Shown: one piece after another, positions 63,351 to 64,000 of the stretch
Layout of the letters: every line of letters begins with the position of its first letter
Numbering within the stretch: the first letter of the stretch is position 1
Origin: Octopus sinensis
Taxonomy: Eukaryota
Length of the DNA: 64,000 nt
Assembly (NCBI RefSeq): GCF_006345805.1
Contig: NC_042998.1
Span: 117,614,001-117,678,000 of the forward strand
Reading direction: 5' to 3'
The notes under the pieces: generated by a model
Seen by the model: only the letters and a program-made list of their open reading frames with translations
What the model was told of the DNA's origin: nothing
The model's database searches: none
Translations under genes and position numbers: made by a program

Positions 63351-64000
63351 AGAATTAGAATAAGATTTAAGTAAATTAAAAGACAAACAATGAACTTGAA
63401 TTAAGTGAACACCTCTAAAAAAATTTAAAAGTTGAAAAATTTAACGTGTTGAAGAATTAAATTGCGTTTAATAAACATAACTCTCAGCAGAATATTTAAT
63501 TTAATAGGTAACAAGAAAATTATGAACCTATATATTAATAATGATAAAAACAAAGGTTAAACCAGAAATATAATTGAATACCTCAATAAAATGAGAATAC
63601 GCTACATAATTAACAAAATTGTAAGCTGGACTATAATACTAAGGAATCCACAGGAATCTTTACCCTTGAACTATTTTAAGAACAATCACAGCAATAAATA
63701 CCTAAGTAGCCGAGGTAATCTTCAGGTAACAAGGAAATATACCTATTTCTAGTATGAGCAACACCTCCTGAACGATTCATAAGTCTCATAACTTTCTTCC
63801 AATAATTAAGACAAAGATGCACATTTAACAGTGTGCAGCGGATGCAAACTGGAACGTGCGAAGATCCAACGGTGAATGCTGCAAATAATTGTATGATACA
63901 ATTCGGATGTGTAAATCTCCGTTCTCCTAATCTTTAGTAATTACATTATAGGCATAGGAATGAATAGGTGGTAAGAAGATTGCATCTAAACCAGATGGTT

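Overview
AT-rich (microsatellite-riddled) eukaryotic non-coding DNA. The repeat content strongly resembles an octopus/coleoid cephalopod genome; this is recognition from memory, not a database result. I found no host protein-coding gene, rRNA, true tRNA or CRISPR array, and most ORFs in the track are translated microsatellites. The window is made of transposable-element relics: Penelope-like elements (PLE; RT and GIY-YIG), R4/Dong-type RLE LINEs in (AAT)n tracts, a CR1-type LINE, mariner and Tc1 elements, tRNA-derived SINEs and MITE-like elements. The most notable signal is a dispersed set of hammerhead ribozyme (HHR) motifs, several tied to fold-back palindromes. The best case is a ~490 bp near-perfect palindrome (31835-32326) with a complete type I HHR in each arm, one per strand. 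A relative at 10.5-10.9 kb is circularly permuted. Two further palindromes (11.1 and 37.5 kb) appear to fold back at an HHR-like stem II. An HHR also lies in the apparent 3' UTR of an R4/Dong RLE LINE. All ribozyme calls were folded by eye, and none has been tested for cleavage.
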